From positions 1 to 46,400 of the forward strand of contig JAKPIR010000244.1 of the NCBI GenBank assembly GCA_029549705.1: a stretch of 46,400 nucleotides of DNA, in the 5' to 3' direction. The DNA comes from Pseudomonadota bacterium. GTDB lineage: Bacteria; Pseudomonadota; Gammaproteobacteria; Burkholderiales; Methylophilaceae. Under the pieces are notes generated by a model, which searched no databases, was not told the origin of the DNA, and was given only the letters and a program-made list of their open reading frames with translations. The number at the start of each line of letters is the position of its first letter. Positions within the stretch are counted from its first letter, which is position 1. Positions 33,265-45,618 of the stretch are shown piece after piece. The position numbers were made by a program, and so were the translations under genes.

Positions 33265-35487
33265 TTGCAAAAATCAATCGTAAAAGTTGCCCTAGATGTT
33301 CCGTTAAATTGCTTATTTGATTATTTGTCAGACGATAGCGCACTGGCTGTTGGCCAACGTGTGCTGGTGCCGTTTGGCCGCAGAAATCAGATTGGAATTG
33401 TGATGGGTTTCAGCCAATCGAGCGATATTTCTGTTGAAAAATTAAAGTCAGTCAAGCAGGCTTTTCTTAATGAAACGCCGCTAGATGCAGAAATACTAAA
33501 ATTAATTCAGTTTAGCGCGGAATATTATCAATACCCGCTTGGGCAGGCAGTGATGTCCGCGCTGCCAGCACGTTTACGGCAAGTGACTCCAGCAGTTGCG
33601 CGTAAACAGTTCGCGTATCGTTTGACCGATTTTGGCCGCAGTCAAACTGCTGCGCAAATTCCTAAGCGTCGGTTGGTGACACAGCGAGTCTTTTTGGCTT
33701 TGCTCGCCAACCATACACTGAGCGAAGCTGAATTAGACTTAATCTCTAGTAGCGCGCGTAAGGCGGCCAAGCAACTGGAAGCAGACGGATGGGTTTGTGC
33801 CAAGCAAGTGCATTTTGCTCAGCGCGTAGCAGAAATACCCGCTACTACGGTGCCTGAACTCAACGATGAGCAACAATTGGCTGTGGCACAAGTGGTAAAA
33901 GACTTGCATCATTTCAAGGCGTGGCTATTGCACGGAATTACGGGAAGCGGAAAAACTGAAGTTTATATTCGCTTGATGCAGCATGTGTTAAAGCAAGCTG
34001 CAGCACAGGTTTTGGTATTGGTGCCGGAAATTAATCTAACCCCTCAGCTACAGGCGCGTTTTAGAAGTCGCTTCTCTGGCATACCACTCGTGAGTTTACA
34101 CAGTCACTTGAGTGAAAGCGAGCGCTTACATCACTGGCAGCTGGCGCAATCAGGAGAGGCTAAAATCATCATTGGAACGCGACTTTCAATTTTTACGCCG
34201 CTCCCACATTTAAAATTGATCATCATTGATGAAGAACATGATGGCTCGTATAAACAGCAAGATAGTATGCGCTACCACGCACGCGATGTTGCATTGGTAC
34301 GAGCAAAATGGCTGAATATTCCAGTGGTTCTTGGTTCTGCAACGCCCTCTTTAGAAAGCTGGCACAATGCTACGACCCTAGCGACGGGACTTAAGACAAC
34401 AAATAAATATCACCTGTTAAGCCTAAACCAGCGTGCGGTTTCAGCGGCCCAATTGCCAATAATTGATTGCATTGATACGACTAAGGTGAATCTTCAACAA
34501 GGGTTTACGCCTCAATTGATTGAAGCGCTGAAACTTAGAATTTCGCGTGGCGAGCAAAGTTTATTATTTATTAATCGTCGAGGGTTCTCGCCGGTATTAT
34601 TATGTTCAGCGTGCCATTGGATAGCACCCTGTACCCGTTGCAGTAGCCGATTGGTGGTACATTTGGGGCAGCGAAAATTACGCTGTCATCACTGTGGATA
34701 TGAGCAAAAAATACCAAATCAATGCCCAAGTTGCGGCAATGCAGATTTGCATCCGACCGGCCATGGCACACAACGCCTAGAACAGACGCTAGCGCAATTG
34801 CTACCAGCCGCGCGAATCGCACGTGTTGATCGAGACAGTATTAGTAAAAAAAACGCGTTGGTAGAAATTTTAGACAAAGTACACCGCCAAGAAATAGATA
34901 TTTTGGTAGGCACGCAGATGCTTGCCAAAGGCCATGACTTTCCTAATTTAACTTTAGTCGGCGTGATTGATGCAGATAGCGCCCTGCATAGCCCAGATTT
35001 TAGGGCAAGTGAACGGTTGTTTGCCCAATTGATGCAAGTGGCCGGTCGTGCAGGACGCGCTGATAAACCTGGCCAAGTCATCATTCAAACGCAGTTTCCT
35101 GAACATGTGCTATTTAATGCACTGCGCCGACAGGACTACAGCAGTTATGCAAATGCAATGTTGCGCGAGCGCCAACAAATGCAATTTCCTCCCTATGTGT
35201 TTTTGGCATTATTGCGCGCGGAAGCCAGCGACTTTAATTTGGTTCATAAGTTCTTAAGTTATGCATTCAGAGTTGCTAGAGAATTAAACACTAAAGCGGT
35301 TGTTTATGACCCGATTCGCCCACAAATGGAGCGTTTGAAAGGCATGGAGCGTGGCTATGTATTGATGCAAGCTGGCAATAGAGGGGTCTTGCAAGCGTTA
35401 CTTTGTAAATTGATGACACAATTAAGAGGACATTCTATATCTGTTAAGGTCAGGTGGGCGATAGATGTAGATCCATTAGAATTCTGA
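33265..35487 (+). CDS. priA: Primosomal protein N' (replication restart helicase)
   Basis: GITGSGKTEVY, DEEHD, four CxxC pairs, QVAGRAGR and C-terminal DVDP; TTG start. Confidence 0.98.
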   Translation: MQKSIVKVALDVPLNCLFDYLSDDSALAVGQRVLVPFGRRNQIGIVMGFSQSSDISVEKLKSVKQAFLNETPLDAEILKLIQFSAEYYQYPLGQAVMSALPARLRQVTPAVARKQFAYRLTDFGRSQTAAQIPKRRLVTQRVFLALLANHTLSEAELDLISSSARKAAKQLEADGWVCAKQVHFAQRVAEIPATTVPELNDEQQLAVAQVVKDLHHFKAWLLHGITGSGKTEVYIRLMQHVLKQAAAQVLVLVPEINLTPQLQARFRSRFSGIPLVSLHSHLSESERLHHWQLAQSGEAKIIIGTRLSIFTPLPHLKLIIIDEEHDGSYKQQDSMRYHARDVALVRAKWLNIPVVLGSATPSLESWHNATTLATGLKTTNKYHLLSLNQRAVSAAQLPIIDCIDTTKVNLQQGFTPQLIEALKLRISRGEQSLLFINRRGFSPVLLCSACHWIAPCTRCSSRLVVHLGQRKLRCHHCGYEQKIPNQCPSCGNADLHPTGHGTQRLEQTLAQLLPAARIARVDRDSISKKNALVEILDKVHRQEIDILVGTQMLAKGHDFPNLTLVGVIDADSALHSPDFRASERLFAQLMQVAGRAGRADKPGQVIIQTQFPEHVLFNALRRQDYSSYANAMLRERQQMQFPPYVFLALLRAEASDFNLVHKFLSYAFRVARELNTKAVVYDPIRPQMERLKGMERGYVLMQAGNRGVLQALLCKLMTQLRGHSISVKVRWAIDVDPLEF

Positions 35488-35744
35488 AAATTTAATACAT
35501 GCCAATTATAATTTTTTGTCTAAGCGAATAGAAAATAAGTCTTTGACGACCAAAAATTAGCAGATTAGTACGAATATATAAAGCTATATTAAACATGAAT
35601 CAAATGCCTACATTTTCAGGTCGCCAATATCCCAATTCTTTAACAAAAGTCCCGTTATCTAATGATACACCCATCGAACAATTCAATTCTCACAGCGACA
35701 GTGTCGTCACCAGTAAATTGATTCGGGTATAATTGCACCCTAAT

Positions 35745-35818
35745 GCGGGCGTCGTATAATGGTAATACCCTAGCTTCCCAAGCTAGAGCCGTGGGTTCGA
35801 TTCCCATCGCCCGCTCCA
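35745..35818 (+). tRNA. tRNA-Gly (anticodon CCC)
   Basis: 74 nt: GCGGGCG/CGCCCGC acceptor stem, CTAGC-TTCCCAA-GCTAG anticodon arm, GTTCGATTC T-loop and encoded CCA. TATAAT at 35728-35733. Confidence 0.98.
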
Positions 35819-35842
35819 TATTCACCAATAAAGTTATCGCTT

Positions 35843-36703
35843 ATGAGTAATCAGTCACCTCCATCCGTACTCACTTTTGCAGGCACAGACCCTAGCAGTG
35901 GAGCAGGTTTGCAGGCAGACATTCTGACGTTTGCCAGCATTGGTTGCCACCCGTTGTCCGTGGTGACAGCGATTACAGCGCAAGATACCGTCGGTGTGAA
36001 TGGGGTGTTGCCAATGGACGCTGAATGGGTGAACGACCAAGCGCGCGCCATTTTAGAAGATGTGCAAGTATCCGCGTTTAAGCTTGGGCTGTTAGGTTCA
36101 GTAGAAAATATTGCAGTGATTGCAGAAATTATGGCCGATTACCCCGATGTGCCTTTGTTAATTGACCCAATTTTAACTTCTGGCCGCGGCGATGATTTAA
36201 GTAATGATGAAATGATGGAGGCGATGATTGAGTTGCTGTTTCCGCAAGCGACTTTAATTACACCCAATAGTTTAGAGGCGCGCCGATTGGCCTTTGCTGA
36301 AGATAACGATGAAGTCGCACTTACTTCGCTTGATGAAAGCGCGGCACGATTATTGGCGATGGGTAGTGAATATGTGCTGATTACCGGCACACATGAGCGC
36401 ACCCATGAAGTTACCAATACATTGTACGGGGACAATCATTTTATCAAGGCGTATAAGTGGGAGCGTCTGGCTGGCAGTTATCATGGCTCTGGCTGCACGC
36501 TTACAAGCGCCATAGCCGCTTGCATGGCGCACGGCCTCACGCTTGAAGAAGCTGTTCTGGAAGCACAGGAGTTTACCTGGCAAACCCTTAAAAATGGCTT
36601 TCGGCCTGGTATGGGGCAATATATTCCTGACCGCTTGTTTTGGGCGCGTGATGAAGAAGATACAGTGGTCACCAGTGGTGATGTAACAACAAAAGCGCAT
36701 TAA
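35843..36703 (+). CDS. thiD: Hydroxymethylpyrimidine/phosphomethylpyrimidine kinase
   Basis: AGTDPSSGAGLQAD, TAITAQDT, ITPN, YHGSGCTL. Confidence 0.9.
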   Translation: MSNQSPPSVLTFAGTDPSSGAGLQADILTFASIGCHPLSVVTAITAQDTVGVNGVLPMDAEWVNDQARAILEDVQVSAFKLGLLGSVENIAVIAEIMADYPDVPLLIDPILTSGRGDDLSNDEMMEAMIELLFPQATLITPNSLEARRLAFAEDNDEVALTSLDESAARLLAMGSEYVLITGTHERTHEVTNTLYGDNHFIKAYKWERLAGSYHGSGCTLTSAIAACMAHGLTLEEAVLEAQEFTWQTLKNGFRPGMGQYIPDRLFWARDEEDTVVTSGDVTTKAH

Positions 36704-36717
36704 TTAAAGTATTCAGA

Positions 36718-37365
36718 TTGAATTCACGGCATAAAATCAGGGGGTTATACGCAATAACTCCAGATGAACCAGATACGGCGTTGCTTGTACAAAAAGTAAC
36801 GGCAGCGCTGCAAGGCGGCGTTGTTTTGCTGCAATATCGCAACAAAGCTGCTAATCATAAGCTAAAAACCCAGCAGGCACGTGCACTGTTACCAGTGTGT
36901 CGGCAATATGGCGTTCCGTTAATCATTAACGATTCTATTAAACTTTGTTTAACGCTCGATGCGGATGGCGTGCATTTGGGCGCAGAGGATGGGGATTTAA
37001 AAGAGGCGCGCACAAGGCTTGGTGCGGACAAAATTCTAGGCGCCTCTTGTTACAATCGCATTGACCTCGCATTGCAGGCGCAATTAGCCGGCGCAGATTA
37101 CGTGGCATTTGGCGCATGTTTTAGCTCCGACACCAAACCCAATGCACGTCATGCCCCGCTTAGTCTTTTTATGGAAGCAGAACAACAGATTCACGTGCCG
37201 ATGGTGGCCATTGGTGGCATTACCCTTGAAAATGCAGTACAAGTTTTGCAGGCGGGTGCAGATGCTATCGCCGTTGTGAATGCGTTGTTTAACGCAGAAA
37301 ATATTACTGAAACGAGCCAGCAATTAAGCCGTTATTTTCCCCGAGAAAATTTTGATGCCCTGTGA
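36718..37365 (+). CDS. thiE: Thiamine-phosphate synthase
   Basis: GLYAIT, QYRNK, LIIND, DGVHLG, GASCY, VAIGGI. Confidence 0.96.
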   Translation: MNSRHKIRGLYAITPDEPDTALLVQKVTAALQGGVVLLQYRNKAANHKLKTQQARALLPVCRQYGVPLIINDSIKLCLTLDADGVHLGAEDGDLKEARTRLGADKILGASCYNRIDLALQAQLAGADYVAFGACFSSDTKPNARHAPLSLFMEAEQQIHVPMVAIGGITLENAVQVLQAGADAIAVVNALFNAENITETSQQLSRYFPRENFDAL

Positions 37366-37435
37366 GCCTTATAAATAAAGGCTTCCAGAGCATGTCAAAA
37401 GGGTTGTGCCAAATTTTAGCTTAAATCAAAGGGCT
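37341..37435 (-). repeat. Dispersed palindromic element, copy E3 (core 37355-37393), overlapping the thiE 3' end
   Basis: CCGAGAAAATTTTG ATGCCCTGTGAGCC-ttataaataaa-GGCTTCCAGAGCAT GTCAAAAGGGTTGTGC. Confidence 0.85.
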
Positions 37436-37495
37436 CACAACACTTATCGGACACTCTGATAAAATAGTTTTTTTATAAAAATTTAAGGCGACAAC

Positions 37496-38797
37496 ATGAC
37501 TACACAACAAATCTCGCAAAACCAAAGCCTTTTTGAAAAATCACAAGCGCTGATTCCAGGTGGCGTCAATTCGCCAGTGCGCGCGTTTCGTAGTGTGGGC
37601 GGTACGCCAGTGTTCTTTAAAAAAGGGCTGGGTTCCAAACTTTGGGATGTGGATGGTAAAGAATACATCGACTACATCAACTCTTGGGGGCCAATGATTG
37701 TAGGTCACGCGCACCCTGCGGTGATTAGCGCGGTGCAAGCCGCCGCCGCCAATAGCTTAAGTTTTGGCGCGCCGACTGGCTTAGAGTTGGAAATGGCGCA
37801 GCTCATTAACAAGCTCGTGCCGAGCATGGAGCAAGTACGTTTAAATAGTAGCGGCACAGAAGCCACCATGAGCGCGATTCGCACGGCGCGTGGTTTTACC
37901 GGGCGCGATAAAATTGTGAAATTTGAGGGTTGTTATCACGGCCATTCAGATGGCTTGTTGGTAAAAGCCGGTTCTGGCTTGCTCACTTTCGGAGAGCCTG
38001 ATTCTGGAGGCGTTCCGGCGAGTGTAGCCGCTCACACTTTGACGCTTGAATACAATAATACGCAGCAGTTAAGTGATTTATTTGCCCAATCGGGCGATGA
38101 AATTGCCTGCGTGATTATTGAGCCTGTGGTGGGCAATATGAATTTAATTGTGCCGCACATGGAGTTTTTACAAACCTTGCGCGCGCTTTGCACGAAGCAC
38201 GGCGCGGTGCTGATTTTTGATGAAGTGATGACGGGCTTCCGCGTAGCTTTGGGCGGCGCCCAAGCGCTTTACAATATCAAACCAGACATGACCACCTTAG
38301 GCAAAGTGATTGGCGGCGGCTTGCCAGTAGGCGCATTTGGTGGGCGTAAAGACATTATGCAATGCTTAGCGCCCGTCGGTAAGGTTTACCAAGCAGGCAC
38401 GCTCTCAGGCAACCCTGTGGCGGTAACGGCGGGTTTAGAAACGCTAAAATTGATTCAAGAAAAAGGCTTTCACGATAAACTCACCGCGCAAACCAAAAAG
38501 CTGGTGGATGGCTTAAAAGCGGCCGCCAAAGAAGCTAACGTGGTATTTAACGCACAAAGCGTAGGCGGCATGTTTGGCCTATATTTCTGCGAAAAATGCC
38601 CAACTTCTTATCATGAAATGATGCAATCCAACAAAGAGCACTTTAACCAATTTTTCCACAGCATGTTAGATAGCGGCATTTATTTAGGACCATCAGCGTT
38701 TGAAGCAGGTTTTGTGTCTGCCGCGCATACGGATGCAGATATTGCTAAAACCCTTGACGTGGCAAACCTTGCCTTCTCAAGTATAAAACAAGTATAA
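37496..38797 (+). CDS. hemL: Glutamate-1-semialdehyde 2,1-aminomutase
   Basis: [40 protein letters not shown]. Confidence 0.99.
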   Translation: MTTQQISQNQSLFEKSQALIPGGVNSPVRAFRSVGGTPVFFKKGLGSKLWDVDGKEYIDYINSWGPMIVGHAHPAVISAVQAAAANSLSFGAPTGLELEMAQLINKLVPSMEQVRLNSSGTEATMSAIRTARGFTGRDKIVKFEGCYHGHSDGLLVKAGSGLLTFGEPDSGGVPASVAAHTLTLEYNNTQQLSDLFAQSGDEIACVIIEPVVGNMNLIVPHMEFLQTLRALCTKHGAVLIFDEVMTGFRVALGGAQALYNIKPDMTTLGKVIGGGLPVGAFGGRKDIMQCLAPVGKVYQAGTLSGNPVAVTAGLETLKLIQEKGFHDKLTAQTKKLVDGLKAAAKEANVVFNAQSVGGMFGLYFCEKCPTSYHEMMQSNKEHFNQFFHSMLDSGIYLGPSAFEAGFVSAAHTDADIAKTLDVANLAFSSIKQV

Positions 38798-38816
38798 AAA
38801 ATTTAAGTATGTATTC

Positions 38817-38882
38817 TTGCAAATATGCACCAAATTGGGGTATAGTACCTGCCCGCTAAAATTAACGCACCAATAAAGTGCG
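38817..38882 (+). promoter_or_regulatory. Putative gdhA sigma70 promoter overlapped by two NtrC-like boxes
   Basis: TTGCAA (38817-38822), 18 nt, TATAGT (38841-38846). TGCACC-AAATT-GGGGTA (38826-38842) and CGCACC-AATAA-AGTGCG (38866-38882) compare with NtrC consensus TGCACC-N5-GGTGCA. Confidence 0.65.
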
Positions 38883-38965
38883 TTGCGTATTTGAGTCATG
38901 GTTCATGGTTATTTGAAAGCTCCATGGTAGTTAGCGGTTGTGAATATATTAAACCCTAAATTTGA

Positions 38966-40327
<1,362 letters not shown>

Positions 40328-40344
40328 GTGAGCGTTTAGTAAGC

Positions 40345-40375
40345 AAAACCCGCAACTTTTGTTGCGGGTTTTTTT
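40345..40375 (+). terminator. Intrinsic terminator after gdhA
   Basis: AAAACCCGCAAC-tttt-GTTGCGGGTTTTTTT. Confidence 0.92.
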
Positions 40376-40377
40376 GT

Positions 40378-40478
40378 GCCTAAAATTTGCTTATTTAATG
40401 GTAAGTTTAGACAACATCTTTTCGCCTGCCCTGCAAGCCTTGTAAATACTGGCTTGCAGGGCAGTATTTTTTTCTCGG
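40378..40478 (+). repeat. Dispersed palindromic element, copy E4 (core 40426-40464)
   Basis: ACAACATCTTTTCGC CTGCCCTGCAAGCC-ttgtaaatact-GGCTTGCAGGGCAG TATTTTTTTCTCGG, with perfect 14-bp arms. Confidence 0.85.
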
Positions 40479-40524
40479 CGAAATATTGATGTTATTTAGG
40501 TATAGAAAATCAGATATTTTATAC

Positions 40525-40651
40525 GAGACCTTTACACGAAACAAAACTCGGTCTAATTTTTACTAAAATTACCAAAAAACGTCATTCCCGCGTAGGCGGG
40601 AATGGCGAGTTTGTGTTTTTTTAGTTTAAACGTGCTTCGTGCAAAGGTCTC
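40525..40651. mobile_element. 127-bp MITE with IS5-family (IS1106-like) terminal inverted repeats
   Basis: Left GAGACCTTTACACGAA (40525-40540) and right TTCGTGCAAAGGTCTC (40636-40651) are 15/16 complementary. TATAC direct repeats at 40520-40524 and 40652-40656. No ORF inside. Confidence 0.85.
40580..40607 (+). repeat. CGTC-tagged/dRS3-type palindrome inside the MITE
   Basis: CGTCATTCCCGC-gtag-GCGGGAATGGCG, containing ATTCCC-N8-GGGAAT. Confidence 0.8.
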
Positions 40652-40672
40652 TATACGTGTTAATCACGTAAA

Positions 40673-40874
40673 AGTCCTAAAACAGTGCATATAAAAATCG
40701 CTTGCACTAACTTGGTGCGTCAATGGGTTTTGAGGCAGAAAATTATTACGACTAAAATGCAAGATTTTCTGTAACAAAGTTTTTGTAAAATATACAACCT
40801 ACTGATTTTAAATAACTTTAAATATTAATTTGTAAAATATTTGTTAACAAATTATAGCTTGCACACTTTTTGCT
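40673..40874 (+). promoter_or_regulatory. Putative NtrC enhancer + IHF site + sigma54-like promoter for gltBD
   Basis: AGTCCT-N5-AGTGCA (40673-40689) and TGCACT-N5-GGTGCG (40703-40719); IHF consensus on the minus strand AATCAGTAGGTTG (40795-40807); TTGCAC-N5-TTGCT (40859-40874, with the -24 GG replaced by TG). Confidence 0.55.
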
Positions 40875-40947
40875 TGTTTTTTAATACAACTGTGAATTTA
40901 TATTAGCAGTAAGATGGTTACAGCGTATTCAAACAAGAGGGTTAAGG

Positions 40948-43900
40948 TTGATGGAGAAGGCAGTGAATCAAACGTTAAATCAGACAAACACAACAACATT
41001 GGCACCGAAAGCGCAGGGCTTATATCGCCCGAGTAATGAGCGCGATGGCTGTGGTGTGGGTTTTGTAGCGCATATCAAAGGTAAAAAAAGCCATAAAATT
41101 GTGCAGCAGGGTTTAGCCTTGCTCACCAATTTAACGCATCGCGGCGCCACGGGCTATGACCCAAAACTGGGCGATGGTGCAGGCTTGCTGATGCAGTTGC
41201 CCGATGCGTTTATGCGCAAAGAGGCCGCCAAGCTTGGCTTTGCTTTACCTGAAGTGGGGCAATACGCTGTTGGCAATGTGTTTTTACCGCAAAATGCCAA
41301 AAATCGTGCAGCGTGTGAGGCCATCTTCACCAAGATTATTTCTGAAGAAAATCAAACCTTATTGGGTTGGCGCGATGTGCCTGTGGATAACAGCAATATT
41401 GCACAAGCCGCGCGTGATGTTGAGCCGACCATGCGTCAGGTATTTATCGCTTCAACCGTTACCGATCAAAACGCCTTTGAGCGTAAATGTTTTGTGATTC
41501 GCAAGCGTATTGAACATGCCGTGCGCGCGCTTGAGCTACAAGACAATGCCGCGTTTTACCTGCCTTCGCTTTCCTCGCGCACCATTGTTTACAAAGGCAT
41601 GTTGCTGGCCAATGAAGTGGGCGTTTATTACAAAGATTTAAGTGATGGCACGGTAGCGTCTGCGCTGGCGCTGGTGCATCAACGCTTTTCTACCAACACC
41701 TTTCCCACTTGGGATTTAGCGCATCCGTTCCGCATGATTGCGCACAACGGCGAGATTAACACCATCCAAGGCAACGTGAATTGGGTGGCGGCGCGCCATG
41801 AGACCATGAAATCGAGCTTAATTGGTGAAGATTTAGAAAAGCTGTGGCCACTGATTATTGATGGTCAATCCGACTCTGCCTGTTTTGATAACTGCTTAGA
41901 GCTACTGGTGGCGGGTGGTTACAGTTTGCCGCATGCCATGATGATGCTGATTCCTGAGGCTTGGGGCGCAAAAGATGCGGACGGCAACCCGTTGATGGAA
42001 GAAGAGCGTCGTGCCTTTTATGAATATCATGCCGCATTGATGGAGCCATGGGATGGCCCAGCCGCCGTTGCGTTTACAGATGGTCGCATGGTGGGCGCCA
42101 CGCTAGACCGTAATGGTTTGCGCCCTGCACGCTATTTGGTGACCGATGATGACATTGTGATGATGGCCTCAGAAATGGGCGTAATTACATTTCCGCAAGA
42201 AAGAATTGTTAAAAAATGGCGGTTAGAACCCGGCAAAATGTTGCTGATTGACATGGAGCAAGGCCGCATTATCGTCGATGCTGAGGTCAAAAATGCGCTT
42301 GCCAGCGCCAAGCCCTACCAGCAATGGCTGAAAAAATCACGCTACTTTTTGCGCGATTTGCCAAAAGTAGAAACGGATTTTAAATTGACCGCGCCCTTGC
42401 TGGATGTTCAGCAGGCGTTTGGTTACACACAAGAAGACATTAAATTTGTATTGCAGCCGATGGTGCAAACAGGTGAGGAGGCTTACGGCTCGATGGGGAA
42501 CGATGCGGCGTTGCCCGTGTTATCGGCAAAACCTAAGCTTTTGTACAATTACTTTAAGCAATTATTTGCGCAAGTGACCAACCCACCTGTTGACCCGATT
42601 CGTGAAGAATTGGTGATGTCGCTGACGACCTTTATTGGTCCCAAACCTAATTTATTAGCCATTGACGAAACCAATCCGCCAGTGCGTTTAGAGGCTAGTC
42701 AGCCAGTGCTCACTTTAAATGAGTTGGCGCAATTAAAGGCCATTGCTACGCTCACACAAAACCAACACCAATCCTTGGTGCTAGACATTACCTACCCTGC
42801 CGCACAAGGCAAGGCTGGCATGGCTGACGCCGTTGCAAGCATCACCCGCGCTGCAGAAAAAGCAGTTAAAGATGGCTACAATATTCTGATTCTTTCAGAT
42901 AGAAACATGAGTGAAACACGCTTGGCGATTCCTGCATTGCTGGCTTGTTCAGCCACGCATAAGCATTTGGTGCAGGCGGGGTTAAGAACCAGCACTGGCT
43001 TGGTGGTTGATACCGGTTCAGCACGCGAGGTGCATCATTTTGCGCTACTGGCGGGCTATGGTGCAGAGGCTGTTTGCCCGTGGTTGGCGTTTGAAACCAT
43101 TCAACATTTAGATAGCAAACACGCGGATGAAGCCGCCAAGAAATTTGTAAAAGCCATCGGCAAAGGCTTGTATAAAGTCATGTCTAAAATGGGCATTTCC
43201 ACTTACCAGTCATACTGCGGAGCGCAAATTTTTGAAGCGATTGGCCTAAACAGCGAATTCGTCGAGCAATACTTTACTGGCACCGCCACTCATATTGAGG
43301 GCATTGGTTTAGATCAGGTGGCAGATGAAGCGCTACGCTTACATAACGCCGCCTTTGGTGCAGACCCATTGCTGGCTAATAGCTTGGATGCGGGCGGCGA
43401 GTACGCGTTCCGTGTGCGCGGTGAAGAGCACACCTGGACACCTGACTCAATTGCCAAGCTACAACACGCAACGCGTACAGGCCAATATGAGACATACAAA
43501 GAATACGCCAAGCTGATTAACGACCAAGCGCGCCGCCACATGACCTTGCGCGGCTTATTTGAAATTAAACCCGCCAGCTTGCCCATTCCACTGTATCGCG
43601 TCGAATCTGCCAAAGAAATTGTTAAACGTTTTGCCACGGGCGCCATGTCGCTAGGCTCTATTTCAACCGAAGCCCATGCAACGCTGGCCATTGCCATGAA
43701 CCGCATTGGTGGTAAATCCAATACGGGTGAAGGCGGTGAAGATCCGAAACGTTTTATCCCTGTCACCAGCACCACAAGCGTGGCCAAGGTGATTGGGCAG
43801 CACTTAATTGAAACCGACATTCCGCTTAATGTGGGCGATTCCATGCGCTCTGCGATTAAGCAAGTCGCTTCTGGGCGCTTTGGGGTGACGGCGGAATATT

Positions 43901-45618
43901 TATCCAATGCCGACCAAATCCAAATCAAAATGGCGCAAGGCGCAAAGCCGGGTGAAGGCGGACAATTGCCTGGCCACAAGGTCAGCCCGTATATCGCCCA
44001 GCTACGTTTTTCTGTACCTGGCGTGGGCTTGATTTCACCGCCACCGCATCACGATATTTATTCGATTGAAGATTTGGCACAGCTCATTCATGACCTCAAA
44101 AATGCCAATCCAAGTGCCACTATTTCAGTGAAGTTAGTGTCAGAAACTGGCATCGGCACCGTGGCAGCTGGCGTGGCAAAAGCTAAGTCAGACCATATTG
44201 TGGTGGCGGGGCATGATGGCGGCACTGGTGCATCGCCTATTTCATCGGTCAAACATACGGGTACGCCGTGGGAATTGGGCTTATCTGAAACGCAACAAAC
44301 ACTGGTGCTCAATCAATTGCGTGGCCGCGTGGTCTTGCAAGTGGATGGCCAAATTAAAACGGGTCGTGATGTGCTGATTGGTGCACTATTGGGTGCCGAC
44401 GAATTTGGTTTTGCCACCTCACCTTTAGTGGTTGAAGGTTGCATCATGATGCGTAAATGCCATCTTAATACTTGCCCGGTGGGCGTTGCCACGCAAGACC
44501 CAGAATTGCGCAAACGCTTTACTGGCCAACCTGAGCATGTGGTGAATTATTTCTTTTTTGTGGCGGAAGAAGTGCGTGAGCTGATGGCCAGCATGGGCAT
44601 AGAAAAATTTGATGATTTAATTGGCCGTGCCGATTTGCTGGATATGCAAGCGGGCATTGACCATTGGAAAATCCAGGGTTTGGATTTCAGCAAAGTGTTC
44701 CATCTGCCAGAAATGCCTGCTAGCGTGTCACGCAAGCATAACGATGTGCAACACCATGGCTTGGCTAATGCGCTAGATAACAAATTAGTCAAGCTCGCCA
44801 AACCGGCTTTAGAAAGGCGCGAGCAGGTGGTGCTGGATTTACCTATTTCCAATACCAACCGTACTGTAGGCACCATGTTGTCGCACCAAATCGCCAAACG
44901 TTACGGTCAGGCAGGTTTGCCGGATGACACCATACAGGTGAAATTTACTGGCACTTCAGGCCAAAGTTTTGCCGCATTTTTAGCGCAGGGTATTAGCTTT
45001 GAACTCACAGGCGAAGGCAACGATTACGTGGGGAAAGGCTTGTGCGGCGGCCGTATCGTCATTAAGCCGCCAAAATCATTCCGTGGTGTTTCGCATGAAA
45101 ACATTATTGTTGGCAACACCGTCATGTATGGTGCGACCACAGGGGAAAGTTATTTTAGCGGCGTGGCGGGTGAGCGTTTTTGCGTGCGCAACTCAGGTGC
45201 ATCAGCCGTGGTAGAAGGCGTGGGTAACCACGGTTGCGAATACATGACAGGTGGCACAGTGGTCGTGTTGGGTAGCACGGGGCAAAACTTTGCCGCAGGC
45301 ATGAGTGGCGGTGTGGCCTATGTGTATGATGAAGACGGCCAGTTTGCCAAACGTTGCAATTTGGGTATGGTTTCCCTTGAGAAGGTTCTGCATATCGACC
45401 AAGTCAGTGCGGATGACGTGCACCACTTGGGCACGCCCGACGAAACCATCTTGCTCGGCTTGCTGGCTAAACATATCGCTTATACTGATAGCGAACGCGC
45501 AAAAAACATTGTGCAGCATTGGGATGAGCATCGTGAAAAATTCATCAAAGTCATGCCAAATGAATACAAACGCGCGTTGATAGAACTCGCTGAAGATAAA
45601 GTGCTGGAGGCCGCATAA
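40948..45618 (+). CDS. gltB: Glutamate synthase large subunit
   Basis: ERDGCGVGF (mature N-terminal Cys), [45 protein letters not shown]. The true start may be ATG 40951 or GTG 40963. Confidence 0.99.
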   Translation: MMEKAVNQTLNQTNTTTLAPKAQGLYRPSNERDGCGVGFVAHIKGKKSHKIVQQGLALLTNLTHRGATGYDPKLGDGAGLLMQLPDAFMRKEAAKLGFALPEVGQYAVGNVFLPQNAKNRAACEAIFTKIISEENQTLLGWRDVPVDNSNIAQAARDVEPTMRQVFIASTVTDQNAFERKCFVIRKRIEHAVRALELQDNAAFYLPSLSSRTIVYKGMLLANEVGVYYKDLSDGTVASALALVHQRFSTNTFPTWDLAHPFRMIAHNGEINTIQGNVNWVAARHETMKSSLIGEDLEKLWPLIIDGQSDSACFDNCLELLVAGGYSLPHAMMMLIPEAWGAKDADGNPLMEEERRAFYEYHAALMEPWDGPAAVAFTDGRMVGATLDRNGLRPARYLVTDDDIVMMASEMGVITFPQERIVKKWRLEPGKMLLIDMEQGRIIVDAEVKNALASAKPYQQWLKKSRYFLRDLPKVETDFKLTAPLLDVQQAFGYTQEDIKFVLQPMVQTGEEAYGSMGNDAALPVLSAKPKLLYNYFKQLFAQVTNPPVDPIREELVMSLTTFIGPKPNLLAIDETNPPVRLEASQPVLTLNELAQLKAIATLTQNQHQSLVLDITYPAAQGKAGMADAVASITRAAEKAVKDGYNILILSDRNMSETRLAIPALLACSATHKHLVQAGLRTSTGLVVDTGSAREVHHFALLAGYGAEAVCPWLAFETIQHLDSKHADEAAKKFVKAIGKGLYKVMSKMGISTYQSYCGAQIFEAIGLNSEFVEQYFTGTATHIEGIGLDQVADEALRLHNAAFGADPLLANSLDAGGEYAFRVRGEEHTWTPDSIAKLQHATRTGQYETYKEYAKLINDQARRHMTLRGLFEIKPASLPIPLYRVESAKEIVKRFATGAMSLGSISTEAHATLAIAMNRIGGKSNTGEGGEDPKRFIPVTSTTSVAKVIGQHLIETDIPLNVGDSMRSAIKQVASGRFGVTAEYLSNADQIQIKMAQGAKPGEGGQLPGHKVSPYIAQLRFSVPGVGLISPPPHHDIYSIEDLAQLIHDLKNANPSATISVKLVSETGIGTVAAGVAKAKSDHIVVAGHDGGTGASPISSVKHTGTPWELGLSETQQTLVLNQLRGRVVLQVDGQIKTGRDVLIGALLGADEFGFATSPLVVEGCIMMRKCHLNTCPVGVATQDPELRKRFTGQPEHVVNYFFFVAEEVRELMASMGIEKFDDLIGRADLLDMQAGIDHWKIQGLDFSKVFHLPEMPASVSRKHNDVQHHGLANALDNKLVKLAKPALERREQVVLDLPISNTNRTVGTMLSHQIAKRYGQAGLPDDTIQVKFTGTSGQSFAAFLAQGISFELTGEGNDYVGKGLCGGRIVIKPPKSFRGVSHENIIVGNTVMYGATTGESYFSGVAGERFCVRNSGASAVVEGVGNHGCEYMTGGTVVVLGSTGQNFAAGMSGGVAYVYDEDGQFAKRCNLGMVSLEKVLHIDQVSADDVHHLGTPDETILLGLLAKHIAYTDSERAKNIVQHWDEHREKFIKVMPNEYKRALIELAEDKVLEAA

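Noticed and set aside
35595-35732. 45-codon ORF between priA and tRNA-Gly (MNQMPTFSGRQYPNS...)
   Set aside because: No RBS, no recognisable motif, and it overlaps the tRNA promoter; probably spurious.
35745-35842. tRNA-Gly as an integration site for an island
   Set aside because: No duplicated tRNA 3' end and no integrase; housekeeping thiD follows immediately.
41382-41390. Perfect DnaA box TGTGGATAA inside gltB
   Set aside because: A single isolated 9-mer in coding sequence (PVDN), expected by chance; no cluster.
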